Assembly (NCBI GenBank): GCA_902530685.1
Contig: CACAAZ010000004.1
Location: 1-62,569 of the forward strand
Reading direction: 5' to 3'
Source: an uncultured Alphaproteobacteria bacterium
GTDB lineage: Bacteria; Pseudomonadota; Alphaproteobacteria; HIMB59; GCA-002718135
Length of the DNA: 62,569 nt
The translations under genes were made by a program, and so were the position numbers. This document shows, piece after piece, positions 1 through 9,968 of this stretch. How positions within the stretch are numbered: position 1 is the stretch's first letter; the number at the start of each line of letters is the position of its first letter. Below the pieces are notes generated by a model. The model was not told the DNA's origin. It saw only the letters and a list, made by a program, of their open reading frames with translations, and searched no databases.

Positions 1-963
1 ATCTTCGTGTGAATAAAATCCTCCATATTTACTATACCCACTCCCATAAAATGGAGGTATTTTCATATTGTAACCTCTATATGAACCTTCACTTATTAGC
101 TCAGGATATTTTTTTATTTCGACCCTCCAAGCTTCATTATCAGTTAAATGCCAATGAAATCTATTTAATTTAAAGAGTGACATGTAATCTAGAATTCTTT
201 TAATCTCTTCAATTGAATAAAATTGTCTTGCACAATCTAAATGCATTCCTCTCCAAGAATATTTAGGTTTATCGTGAATTTCACAAATAGGTAATTTATA
301 TTTATAGAAATATATAATCTGAATTAGTGTCATTGTTGCATAATACTTTCCACCATAATCATGATATGCAATGTCAATTTTATTTTTGGTAATTTTAATA
401 AAATATTCGTCTTTATTCATTGCAACTTTTTTAAAGACTATTGGAAAACCACCGCTGCTAGAAAAATTAATATTTAGTTTAGATATCAGGTTTTGTGTAT
501 TATTTATAATATCTTCACCATTCATTATTTTAAAATTTGTATTTAAAATCTCAAAATAATTATTTTTTATAAGTAATTTTGTTGGTTGAGGAATAATTGG
601 AATAAATTTTTCAATAACTTTTTGATCATATTTAATCTTTTTTATTTCATTTTCAAAAAAAACTTCTCCAACTTTTAAATTTTGATATTCATCATTTTTA
701 TTAATTAGAAATGCACCTTCAGGTCCACATGATTTATTATACGATCCTATTTTTGTACTCTGTAAATTGATTATTATAATATTATCTTTGATATCTAGCT
801 CATAATATCTTCCAATTTGTTTTAAAATCTTTGCGCCTTCAATAGATTTAATAGAATATACTAATGAAAAACATAATTTGAAATTTCTTCCCAAAATATT
901 TTTACTTAAGTCTAATTTAAGTTGATTTTTTTTGGTAAATGATGGATTGATCTTAAATAACAT
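1..963 (-). CDS. beta-N-acetylhexosaminidase, glycoside hydrolase family 20 (runs off the left edge; not in the ORF track)
   Basis: Manual translation from ATG at 963-961 is in frame with RGMHLDCARQFYS..RILDYMSLFKLNRFHWHLTDNEAWRVEIKKYPEL..GGFYSHED, the GH20 catalytic-domain signature. Confidence 0.9.
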   Translation of the reverse strand, partial: MLFKINPSFTKKNQLKLDLSKNILGRNFKLCFSLVYSIKSIEGAKILKQIGRYYELDIKDNIIIINLQSTKIGSYNKSCGPEGAFLINKNDEYQNLKVGEVFFENEIKKIKYDQKVIEKFIPIIPQPTKLLIKNNYFEILNTNFKIMNGEDIINNTQNLISKLNINFSSSGGFPIVFKKVAMNKDEYFIKITKNKIDIAYHDYGGKYYATMTLIQIIYFYKYKLPICEIHDKPKYSWRGMHLDCARQFYSIEEIKRILDYMSLFKLNRFHWHLTDNEAWRVEIKKYPELISEGSYRGYNMKIPPFYGSGYSKYGGFYSHED

Positions 964-972
964 TTATTTTTT

Positions 973-2040
973 ATGGGATTTGAAACGATATATAACCATA
1001 AACCTCTAGTAAAAGAAAGTGCAAATGCACGTGTAAATTTAATTGGAGAGCATACTGATTATACTGGAGGATACGTGATGCCTACATTACTAGGCTTCGA
1101 AAACACTATTGAACTAGCGAGAAATGATGAAAAAAAATTCATAGTATTTTCCGAACATTTTAATGAGAAAAAAATATTTAATGATTTTACTAAATCTATA
1201 AATAATGATTGGTCTGATTATATAAAGGGATGTTTTTTTGTATTTTTTAACGAATATAAAAATATTAAATTAGAACACTTCAAAATTTGTATTTCATCCA
1301 ATATTCCTTTGGAAAGAGGAATATCCTCATCTTCAGCTTTATGTGTATCTACGTTGAAAGCATTAAATACATACTTTAATACTCAGATAGAAAAAAAACA
1401 TCTTGCAAAATTGGCAAAAAAAGTTGAGCATGATTACATTGGTGTTTCAGGTGGAATTATGGATCAAATGGTTTCTTCTATTGGAATTCATGGTAAAGCC
1501 TTTTTTTTAAATTGTCTCAATCTAGAATATGAACTTATAGATTTTCCATCAGATTGGAAATTTTGCCTTATTGATTCTGAAGTACAAAGAAATTTAAGAA
1601 GTAGTTCATATAATGATCGTTTTAGTCAGTTAAAGTTAGCTGAAAAAGAACTTAATGTTGAATATTTAGGAGGTGTTGAATTAAGTAAGTTTAATTCAGA
1701 TAAAATATCAAGTCCGACAGTTGTAAAACGAGCTAGACATGTTGTAACTGAAAACAATAGAGTTAAAGAGGCTAAAGAATGTTTATTAAAAGATAATATA
1801 TATCAATTTGGTAAATTAATGATTGAGAGTCATAACTCATACTCAAAAGATTTTGAAGCATCTACATATGATGTTGATGAAATTGTAAAAAAATCAATAA
1901 AATGTGGGGCTTTAGGAGCAAGATTAACAGGTGGTGGATTTGGAGGTTTTACTGTGTCTCTAATAGAAAAAAATAAATTTTCAGATTGGTATAAAAAAAT
2001 TAATAAATATTATCCTCAAGAAAAAATATTTGAAGTATAA
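973..2040 (+). CDS. galK: galactokinase (GHMP kinase)
   Basis: RVNLIGEHTDY galactokinase signature, IPLERGISSSSA ATP-binding motif, GARLTGGGFGG. Confidence 0.92.
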   Translation: MGFETIYNHKPLVKESANARVNLIGEHTDYTGGYVMPTLLGFENTIELARNDEKKFIVFSEHFNEKKIFNDFTKSINNDWSDYIKGCFFVFFNEYKNIKLEHFKICISSNIPLERGISSSSALCVSTLKALNTYFNTQIEKKHLAKLAKKVEHDYIGVSGGIMDQMVSSIGIHGKAFFLNCLNLEYELIDFPSDWKFCLIDSEVQRNLRSSSYNDRFSQLKLAEKELNVEYLGGVELSKFNSDKISSPTVVKRARHVVTENNRVKEAKECLLKDNIYQFGKLMIESHNSYSKDFEASTYDVDEIVKKSIKCGALGARLTGGGFGGFTVSLIEKNKFSDWYKKINKYYPQEKIFEV

Positions 2041-2041
2041 A

Positions 2042-3112
2042 TTATTTTAACAACCTTCTTAATTTACCTTCAGTAGAATCATGATCAATATAACATCCTT
2101 GTAAATGTCTAAATCCAGTATTGGGGTCAAATTTTGTTCTTCCGTGCAATGTTCGTAGATTATCAAACATAGCAATCATACCTTGAGACAATCTAAACTT
2201 AATTTTAAATTGATCAGAATTACAAAGTTCATACATACATTTTCTAGCTCTGTAAAAAGTTTTTAATTTATCTTCTTCTAAAAGTGGTACATAATCCAAC
2301 CTTCCACTAAAACTAATTTGCTTAAACTCACCATCATCATTAAGTTCAATAAGTTTGGATTTGTTTTCTAATATAACATCAATATCAGTAAACTTAAAAT
2401 TTACATTTGTCTTAGTCAAAATATCATAAAATTCTTTATTGTTTTTTTTTAAATATTCAGCAACACTAAAACCATCAACTAAACTTGAATCACCACCTAT
2501 TGATTCATTTGCTATACAATGTAAGAGTTGAATACCAGGAACTGGTTTGCGATATGGATTATCAGAATGTGATTTTAATTCTAAAGCTGTATATGCTAAA
2601 TCATTAGGATTAGGTTTTGACACTACATTAAATAACTTTCCCCAATTAGTAGTACGAACTGGACCAATTTTTTCAGCAAAACTTAATACTTCATTTTCTA
2701 TAGCTTGCGTATTTTCTATTATTACATATCCATACTCGTAGAAAGTTTTTAACATTTGGGTAAGGTTATGTGAATTTTCAAAAATTTTATTATCATCAAA
2801 TAATTGTAAAGTGTCGCTTTTATTCCAAATTTTTTTTTTTGGTATAACATCAATGGAATTGATTTCTTGATATAAGTCATCAATATTAATCTTACCTTTA
2901 ATACCATCAGAAAATTTAATACGTAAAAAATTATCGTTAATTGAATAATCATCTATCATTAGATTCTCATCTAGTAATGAAGGCTCATATAATCTTTGAA
3001 GATTATTAGGGTCAATAAATTGATCACCTGATAGTCTTTCTCGTAGCCATAAAGAAGGAAGATCAATTCCTTTTAATAAGCTGTTATTAATTCTTATACT
3101 TTTTAAACTCAT
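2042..3112 (-). CDS. gamma-butyrobetaine hydroxylase-like Fe(II)/2-oxoglutarate dioxygenase (TauD/TfdA superfamily)
   Basis: HSDNPYRKPVPGIQLLHC (HxD), FDNLRTLHGR, RHLQGCYID; N-terminal LWLRER..DPNNLQRL domain as in BBOX-family enzymes. Confidence 0.85.
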   Translation of the reverse strand: MSLKSIRINNSLLKGIDLPSLWLRERLSGDQFIDPNNLQRLYEPSLLDENLMIDDYSINDNFLRIKFSDGIKGKINIDDLYQEINSIDVIPKKKIWNKSDTLQLFDDNKIFENSHNLTQMLKTFYEYGYVIIENTQAIENEVLSFAEKIGPVRTTNWGKLFNVVSKPNPNDLAYTALELKSHSDNPYRKPVPGIQLLHCIANESIGGDSSLVDGFSVAEYLKKNNKEFYDILTKTNVNFKFTDIDVILENKSKLIELNDDGEFKQISFSGRLDYVPLLEEDKLKTFYRARKCMYELCNSDQFKIKFRLSQGMIAMFDNLRTLHGRTKFDPNTGFRHLQGCYIDHDSTEGKLRRLLK

Positions 3113-3181
3113 AAATAAATTATATATCTATTTAAGAAAAAGTTAATTTATAAAAATAATAAAATTTATTAAAATTGTTAA

Positions 3182-4507
3182 TTAACAATCAAGAGTATTT
3201 ATTTTTTCCCAATCTGTAATACCCTTTATATTACTGATCTTTGACGATTTAAAAAGATCAATTTCTTTTTTTCTAAGTTTTATATATGATTTAATTGTTT
3301 CTGAAGTAAATGAAGTATTCATCATTTTATTTTTGGATAATTTATTGAGAGCTACTTCTAAATTTCTGGGAAGTTTTTTTGCATTTTTAGCTTTATGAGA
3401 TTCCTCATACATATTTATAAATTCTGGTTTACCAGGATTTATTTTATGATCCATTCCATCTATTCCAGCTGCAATTATTCCAGCTTGCAATAGATATGGG
3501 TTAGCAGAGCCATCCATAAGTCTAAGTTCAAATCTACCAGAATCTGGGATTCTGATCATATGTGTTCTATTGTTCCCTGAATATGTGATAGTATTTGGTG
3601 ACCAAGTTGCTCCACTATCGGTAACTGGCGCATTAATTCTTTTATAACTATTTATCGTTGGATTAAACCAAGCAGACAATGCCTCAGCTGAATTTATTAT
3701 ACCTCCAATAAAGTGGTAACCACTTTTTGATAATCCAAGTTTGTCAGTAGTATCCAGAAATTTATTTTTTCCTTTACTATTCCATAAAGATACATGAGCA
3801 TGGCATCCATTGCCTGTTTTATTTACAAAAGGTTTGGGCATAAATGTTGCCCTCATTCCATTTTTTTCAGCTAATGTTTTAACCATAAATTTAAAAAAAA
3901 CGTGACGATCGGCAGTTGTCAAGCAATCAGAATAATCCCAGTTCATTTCAAATTGACCATTAGCATCTTCGTGATCATTTTGATAAGGACCCCATCCTAG
4001 TTTAATCATACAGTCACATATTTCTTTTATTAAATCATATTTTCTCATCAATGCTGATTGGTCATAACAAGGCTTAAAAGCTATATCTTTTTCATCAACT
4101 ATTGATCTACCGTCTTGAGAAATTAAGAAAAACTCACATTCAACACCAGTTTTTAGAGATAATTTTTTTCTCTTTAAGCGTTCAATTTGATTTTTAAGCA
4201 TAATACGAGGTGAGGAACTTACAGGCTTACCATTCATCCAAAGATCACCAGCTAGCCAGCCAACATCAGGCTGCCATGGTAATTGAATTAAGCTTGATGG
4301 GTCTGGAATAGATACCATATCTGGATCTGCAGGTGTCATATCGAGATAAGTTGCAAATCCTGCAAAACCTGCACCTTCCAACTGCATCTTTTTTATTACC
4401 TGAGATGGCACAAGTTTAGATCTTAATACCCCAAAAAAATCAACATAGCTTATTAAAAAATATTTAATTTTATTTTTTTTTGCAATTTTTGATAAATCAA
4501 TAGCCAT
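3182..4507 (-). CDS. gmaS: type III glutamate-ammonia ligase / gamma-glutamylmethylamide synthetase
   Basis: GlnT/GmaS-specific motifs KYFLISYVDFFGVLRSKLVP, GAGFAGFA, KPCYDQSALMR, YQNDHEDANGQFEMNW, SGATWSPN, GNNRTHMIRIP. Confidence 0.85.
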   Translation of the reverse strand: MAIDLSKIAKKNKIKYFLISYVDFFGVLRSKLVPSQVIKKMQLEGAGFAGFATYLDMTPADPDMVSIPDPSSLIQLPWQPDVGWLAGDLWMNGKPVSSSPRIMLKNQIERLKRKKLSLKTGVECEFFLISQDGRSIVDEKDIAFKPCYDQSALMRKYDLIKEICDCMIKLGWGPYQNDHEDANGQFEMNWDYSDCLTTADRHVFFKFMVKTLAEKNGMRATFMPKPFVNKTGNGCHAHVSLWNSKGKNKFLDTTDKLGLSKSGYHFIGGIINSAEALSAWFNPTINSYKRINAPVTDSGATWSPNTITYSGNNRTHMIRIPDSGRFELRLMDGSANPYLLQAGIIAAGIDGMDHKINPGKPEFINMYEESHKAKNAKKLPRNLEVALNKLSKNKMMNTSFTSETIKSYIKLRKKEIDLFKSSKISNIKGITDWEKINTLDC

Positions 4508-4562
4508 AACTATATTCTTTAATTCAATCTTAATAAATTAAACATTCTGTTTTGCAAATACA

Positions 4563-5399
4563 TTATTCACCTAACAAAGAGTCATCTAGAATTTTAGTAT
4601 CATATGCAGAATATGAATGCCATCCATTAACAGTTTGATCAAAATCAATAACACTACCAGTCATTAAACCTGACTCCTCTGAGCACATGAATGCTAATCC
4701 TCTAGCTACATCTATTGGCTTAGTTAATCTTTTAAATGGCACTTTGCTTTCATCTTTAGCTAGCCAATTTTCCCCTTTATTATGAACTCTAGTTTGAATA
4801 TCATGCTCAGCAGGAGTATCAGTCCAGCCTATATTTAATGCATTAACTCTAATCTGGTGACCAGAAACTGAATTAGCAATATTTTTGGTCATTATTGCTA
4901 ACGCAGCTTTTGATCCACTGTAAGCAACAATAAAAGGCATGCCACTATACATGGCCATAGATAGTACACTTGCAATAGTTCCTTTGTTTTTATCTCTAAT
5001 CATTATTTTAATACTTTCTTGCATCAAAATAAATGGGGCTCTCGCATTAATACTAAAGTTTTTATCAAAATTTTCTATACTTGCACTTAAGATTGTTCCT
5101 CTTTCAGTATAGCCAGCAACATTGACTAAAGTATTAACAGTTCCAAATTCTTTGTCTGTTGATGAAACAATTTTTTTACAATCATCAACATTTGCTAAAT
5201 CAGCTTTTACAAAAAGACATTTAGTTCCATAAGATTCAATTTCTTTTTTAACCTCTAAACCTTTCAGTTCTTGTCTTCCACAAATTGTTATAGCCTTAGC
5301 TCCTCTTGAAGCAAATAATTTTGCTGTCTCTGCTCCACTACCCTGAGTACTACCAGTTACTATAATAACTTTGTTTTTAAATTGATTTTTCTCACTCAT
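4563..5399 (-). CDS. short-chain dehydrogenase/reductase
   Basis: VTGSTQGSG Rossmann motif, YSGSK catalytic motif; 4-nt overlap with iolG. Confidence 0.9.
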   Translation of the reverse strand: MSEKNQFKNKVIIVTGSTQGSGAETAKLFASRGAKAITICGRQELKGLEVKKEIESYGTKCLFVKADLANVDDCKKIVSSTDKEFGTVNTLVNVAGYTERGTILSASIENFDKNFSINARAPFILMQESIKIMIRDKNKGTIASVLSMAMYSGMPFIVAYSGSKAALAIMTKNIANSVSGHQIRVNALNIGWTDTPAEHDIQTRVHNKGENWLAKDESKVPFKRLTKPIDVARGLAFMCSEESGLMTGSVIDFDQTVNGWHSYSAYDTKILDDSLLGE

Positions 5400-6400
5400 T
5401 CAAAATTTATGTCAACTACTTTGCCAGAGTTTAAGCTTTCGTAGGCAGCATTTGCTAATATTAATGCTCTTCTACCATCTTCAAAAGAAACTTTGGGTTC
5501 CGTATTGTTATTAATCATAGCTACAAATTCCTCTAACTGTGTTTTATAAGCTTGCTCATATCTTTCAATAAAAAAGAATTGAACTGGATCTTTAGAGAAA
5601 GTTGATTCTTCAGAAAATCTCTCAACAGATGATTGAGTTTGATTGTTTGAAATTATCATACCCTTACTTCCAAATGCTTCTACCCTTTGATCGTAACCGT
5701 ATACTGCTCTTCTTGAATTATTTATATGAATTAATACACCAGCTTTTGATCTCATTACAAGCATTGCAGTATCATGATCACCCACTTTTTTTGAATCTTC
5801 TGATACAAGTTGTTCACCAAATGCTGAAATTTTTTCAATAGGATCATTTCCAAGAATAAATCTACTTAAATCAAAATCATGAATAGTAGTATCCCTAAAA
5901 AAACCTCCTGCAGCTTTTAAATAATCTATTCCAGGAGGAGCTGGGTCTCTACTTGTTATTATCAACAATTCTAATTTACCAATTTCATTATTTTGTGAAG
6001 CTACTTTTACTTTTGCATGACTGTTATCAAATCTTCTATTAAATCCAATTTGGATTGGAACATTTTTATCTTTTATAAAATTTCTACATTCATCTACTTT
6101 TTCAATATTAAGATCTATAGGTTTTTCGCAAAAAACTGGTTTTTGAGCTTTTACAGCCAATGTTATAAATTCTACGTGAGTTGGAGTTGCTGAAGCTATA
6201 AAAATTGCATCCACATCATTACTATTTATTGCATCTTCAGGCGAAGTTGCTACTTTTGCACCTGTTTGGCCAGCTATTTCCTTTGCGAATTCAAGATTGA
6301 TGTCATAAATGTATTGCACTCTACAATTAGGGTTTGCATCTATCATACTTGCGTGCATTTTACCTATTCTACCAGCGCCCATTAAGGCAATTTTAATCAT
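5396..6400 (-). CDS. iolG: myo-inositol 2-dehydrogenase (Gfo/Idh/MocA)
   Basis: GAGRIG, FCEKP, GFNRRFD, ITSRDPAPP, GGFFRDTTIHDFD, NNSRRAVYGYDQRVE. Confidence 0.85.
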   Translation of the reverse strand: MIKIALMGAGRIGKMHASMIDANPNCRVQYIYDINLEFAKEIAGQTGAKVATSPEDAINSNDVDAIFIASATPTHVEFITLAVKAQKPVFCEKPIDLNIEKVDECRNFIKDKNVPIQIGFNRRFDNSHAKVKVASQNNEIGKLELLIITSRDPAPPGIDYLKAAGGFFRDTTIHDFDLSRFILGNDPIEKISAFGEQLVSEDSKKVGDHDTAMLVMRSKAGVLIHINNSRRAVYGYDQRVEAFGSKGMIISNNQTQSSVERFSEESTFSKDPVQFFFIERYEQAYKTQLEEFVAMINNNTEPKVSFEDGRRALILANAAYESLNSGKVVDINFE

Positions 6401-6438
6401 ATTATTTTTAGAACAGATTTAAAATATAAAATCAATAG

Positions 6439-7647
6439 TTAACTCTTTAATTTTATCCAGGCTCCATTTTTTTTTGATGATTTTTTTGCTGCACTCACAA
6501 AATTTATTCCTGCAATACCATCTTTGATGCCTGGGAAAATATTGTTTTTATTTTTTCGAATACTTTTATCAAGAATTGTGTCTGCAAATTCCGAGTATAT
6601 GTTTGCAAAAGCTTCGAAAAAACCTTCTGGATGACCAGCAGCAACTCTAGATGATTTTAAGGATAAATTAGACACAGCCGCACTTGCCCTTGTAATAATT
6701 TTTGTTGGTCTATTTAGTTCCGTATATTTAAGATTGTTAGGATCATCTTGAAACCATTCTAATGCACCTTTATTTCCATATACTCTTATTTTTAAACCAT
6801 TTTCACCACCAGTAGCAGCAGAAGAAACCCAAATAGAGGCTTTAGCTTTATTTTGCATTCTTAGGATTATAAAAGCATTATCATCTACTGTTAGTTGATC
6901 AGATAAAGTATCAACTTGTGCTAATAATTCTTTTACCTCTAATGATGTTACGAATCTCATAAGGTGATAAGCATGAGTACCAATTTCTTGTAATATCATA
7001 GACTCACCACTAATTTTTTTATCCAATCTCCACTTTAAAACATTTCTTTCTTCATTTTTTTTCAATCCAACTGTATATCCTTGAGGATATTCAACATTTA
7101 TAAGATGTATCTTTCCTATTTTACCATTATCAATTAAATATTTAGCTTCTCTTAACATTGGGTATGCTGAATAATTATGAGTAAGAGCAAAAACCATATT
7201 ATTTTTTTTAATTACTTTTTCAAGCAATAGAGCTTCATTTAACGTAGCTGTCATAGGTTTGTCACAAATCACATGAATTTTTCTATTAAGAAATTCTTTA
7301 GCAATTTTATAATGATAACCTGCTGGAGTCATAATTCCAATAGCTTGAATCCCATCACTTCTTTGTGACTCTTTTTTTGCCATTGTTAAAAAGTCAGCAT
7401 AACAACGGTCTTCACTTATACCTAAAGAAATACCAAATTTTTTTGATTTTGATTTATCTGTTGAAAACACTCCTGCAACTGTTTCAAACTTGTTATCAAA
7501 TCTTGATGCAAGTCTATGAGTATAGCCTATAAACGAATTTGGGCCACCTCCTATAAAACCAATTTTAATTCTTTTGCTACTATTAAGAGTATCACCTCTC
7601 AGTAAATTCAATCGTCCAAATGCTAGTTTTTCTTTTTTCTTTTTCAT
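6439..7647 (-). CDS. Gfo/Idh/MocA family oxidoreductase
   Basis: GFIGGGPNSFIGYTHR, VICDKP, LTHNYSAYPM, EIGTHAYH, AGHPEGFFEAFANIY; ATGA overlap with the upstream SDR supports the start. Confidence 0.88.
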   Translation of the reverse strand: MKKKKEKLAFGRLNLLRGDTLNSSKRIKIGFIGGGPNSFIGYTHRLASRFDNKFETVAGVFSTDKSKSKKFGISLGISEDRCYADFLTMAKKESQRSDGIQAIGIMTPAGYHYKIAKEFLNRKIHVICDKPMTATLNEALLLEKVIKKNNMVFALTHNYSAYPMLREAKYLIDNGKIGKIHLINVEYPQGYTVGLKKNEERNVLKWRLDKKISGESMILQEIGTHAYHLMRFVTSLEVKELLAQVDTLSDQLTVDDNAFIILRMQNKAKASIWVSSAATGGENGLKIRVYGNKGALEWFQDDPNNLKYTELNRPTKIITRASAAVSNLSLKSSRVAAGHPEGFFEAFANIYSEFADTILDKSIRKNKNNIFPGIKDGIAGINFVSAAKKSSKKNGAWIKLKS

Positions 7648-8417
7648 TGATTCACATCACCTCCATCAACAACATAACTTTGTGCTGAACATCCTGAGCT
7701 TTGATCAGATGCAAAAAATAGAACTACCTTAGCAATATCTTCTGGCGTTAACATTCTCTTAATAGATTGTCTTTTAAGATTATCCTCAATAATTTCAGGT
7801 GTAAGCCATAATTTTTTTTGTCTTTCTGTTGCAATCCAACCTGGCACAATACAATTAACTCGTACGTTATGCTCACCTAAATCTTTTGCCAAAGATCTTG
7901 TTAAGCCCATTATTGCTGATTTCGCAGTTGTATAAGCTGGCATACCGCCAATTCCTTTCATCCAAGAGTAACTGCCAATGTTAACTATAGAACCATTACC
8001 TAATTCAGACATATCTTTGTATACTGACTGACTAGCAAAAAAGAAATGTCTTAAGTTAACATTCATTCTATCATCCCAGAATTCAGGAGTAACTTCATCG
8101 ATTGTATGTCTTTGATCATTTGCTGCATTGTTTACTAAAACTGAAATTTTTCCTAGATTACTTTTAATATTAGAAATGGATTTTTTTAATTGATCAATAT
8201 TTTTTAAATCACATTTTTCAAAAACAGCTTCATATTTATATTCTTTAAAATCTTTAATTAGTTTTAATGCTCCTTCTTCATCAATATCTAAGAAAGCTAC
8301 TTTTGATCCTTGTTCCAAGAATTTTTTAACTATTGTATGACCAATGCCTGTAGAACCTCCACTTATTAAAACAACTTTGTCTTCTAAGGATGGATATTTT
8401 ACAATTTCTGAATTCAT
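7644..8417 (-). CDS. SDR aldose dehydrogenase, D-xylose dehydrogenase XylB-like
   Basis: YPSLEDKVVLISGGSTGIG, VLVNNAANDQRH, WDDRMNVNLRHFFF, YTTAK, TERQKKLWLTPE resemble the Caulobacter XylB family; substrate uncertain. Confidence 0.8.
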   Translation of the reverse strand: MNSEIVKYPSLEDKVVLISGGSTGIGHTIVKKFLEQGSKVAFLDIDEEGALKLIKDFKEYKYEAVFEKCDLKNIDQLKKSISNIKSNLGKISVLVNNAANDQRHTIDEVTPEFWDDRMNVNLRHFFFASQSVYKDMSELGNGSIVNIGSYSWMKGIGGMPAYTTAKSAIMGLTRSLAKDLGEHNVRVNCIVPGWIATERQKKLWLTPEIIEDNLKRQSIKRMLTPEDIAKVVLFFASDQSSGCSAQSYVVDGGDVNQ

Positions 8418-8459
8418 TTTTTAATGATAATTTAAATTCTTTATGCTACTTTAATCACA

Positions 8460-9959
8460 ATGTTCAACATAATCAAATTAAATGAAAAAGATAATGTAGG
8501 TGTTGCACCTATGGATATTCCAGAAGATAAGAAAATAACAGAAAATTGTAAAACAACTGAAAGAATTCCATTTGGCCATAAAGTAAGTTTGAAAGATATT
8601 GGAAAAGGTAATTTCATATTTAAGTATGGTCAAATAATTGGCACTGCCTCAAGAGATATAAAAAGGGGGGAACATGTTCATTCCCACAATCTTGTTTTTT
8701 CTGAATTTGAACGTGAATTTGAATTAAAAAGTAATGAAAATATCAAAAGAGTTAATGATCAATATTTTTTTGATGGTTTTGTTAGAGCGAATAAACAAGT
8801 TGGCACCAGAAATTACATTGGTTTAATTAGTACAGTAAATTGTTCAGCAACAGTTGTTAACAAAATTGCTCAAAAAATAAATAATTATCTAAAAGATAAA
8901 AACTTCGAAAATGTTGATGGGGCTGTAGCTCTAAAACATTCATCTGGTTGTGGAACAAATACGTCAGGTTATGGAATGAATTTGTTTCATAGGACAATTG
9001 AAGGTTTTAAAAAACATCCAAATTTTGGTAAAGTTTATGTTGTTGGTTTGGGTTGTGAATGTGCACAACTCTCAATGTTTCAAAATGAAATTAATAAAGT
9101 AAATACACAGTATTTTAATATTCAAGATGAGGGAGGAAGTTCTCAGATTATAGAAATGATATCAAATAAAATAATTGATCAACTTGATGAACTAAATATG
9201 TTTAAAAGAGAAAAGGTACCAATATCAAATTTAACAGTTGCTCTTCAATGCGGAGGATCGGATGGTTACTCTGGAGTAACAGCAAATCCAGCCTTAGGAT
9301 ATGCATCAGACTTGATTGTTAAAAATGGTGGCTCAACTATACTTGCTGAGACTCCTGAAATTTATGGAGCTGAGCATTTATTAATTGAAAGGGCTATAGA
9401 TAAAAAAATTGTTGAAAAATTACAAAAACAAATATCTTGGTGGCAAAATTATACAAATATGAATGGAGCCACACTTGATGGCAATCCCTCTCCAGGAAAT
9501 AAAAAGGGCGGTCTAACAACAATTTTAGAAAAATCTTTAGGCGCCGTAGCAAAAGGTGGAAATGCTGTAATGTCCGATGTTCTTGATTATGCAGAGACTT
9601 TAACAAAAAGTGGATTTAACTTTATGAATTCACCTGGGTATGATCCAGTTTCAGTAACTGGTCAAGTCGCATCTGGTGCAAATGTAATTTGTTTCACTAC
9701 TGGCAGAGGCTCATGTTTTGGCTTTAAACCATCACCAAGTATAAAAATTGCTACTAATACAAATATGTATAATAAAATGAAAGAAGATATGGATATTAAT
9801 GCTGGTTCAATAATGGATGGAGAGAAGAATTTAGAAGAAACAGGACTAGAAATATTCAATGAAATTATTGAAGTTGCTTCAGGAAAGAAATCTAAAAGTG
9901 AAATTAATGGATATGGAGACGATGAATTTAATCCTTGGATAGTTGGAGCTACACTTTAA
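8460..9959 (+). CDS. UxaA/GarD-family sugar-acid dehydratase with N-terminal SAF domain (altronate dehydratase-like)
   Basis: IPFGHKV..KYGQIIG..GEHVHSHN, GTRNYI, GLGCE, LQCGGSDGYSGVTANPALG, NPSPGNKKGGLTTILEKSLGA, FTTGRGS. Confidence 0.9.
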   Translation: MFNIIKLNEKDNVGVAPMDIPEDKKITENCKTTERIPFGHKVSLKDIGKGNFIFKYGQIIGTASRDIKRGEHVHSHNLVFSEFEREFELKSNENIKRVNDQYFFDGFVRANKQVGTRNYIGLISTVNCSATVVNKIAQKINNYLKDKNFENVDGAVALKHSSGCGTNTSGYGMNLFHRTIEGFKKHPNFGKVYVVGLGCECAQLSMFQNEINKVNTQYFNIQDEGGSSQIIEMISNKIIDQLDELNMFKREKVPISNLTVALQCGGSDGYSGVTANPALGYASDLIVKNGGSTILAETPEIYGAEHLLIERAIDKKIVEKLQKQISWWQNYTNMNGATLDGNPSPGNKKGGLTTILEKSLGAVAKGGNAVMSDVLDYAETLTKSGFNFMNSPGYDPVSVTGQVASGANVICFTTGRGSCFGFKPSPSIKIATNTNMYNKMKEDMDINAGSIMDGEKNLEETGLEIFNEIIEVASGKKSKSEINGYGDDEFNPWIVGATL

Positions 9960-9968
9960 TTTTTAATT

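Noticed and set aside
3182-4507. Housekeeping glutamine synthetase glnA (also 14389-15747)
   Set aside because: The motifs and context fit GmaS/GlnT and gamma-glutamyl-amine ligases rather than GSI-beta.
4508-4562. Sigma70 promoter calls (TTGCAA upstream of gmaS; TTGATT upstream of iolG and dctP)
   Set aside because: The -35-like hexamers are present but the -10 spacing and consensus are ambiguous in such AT-rich DNA; not supportable as features.
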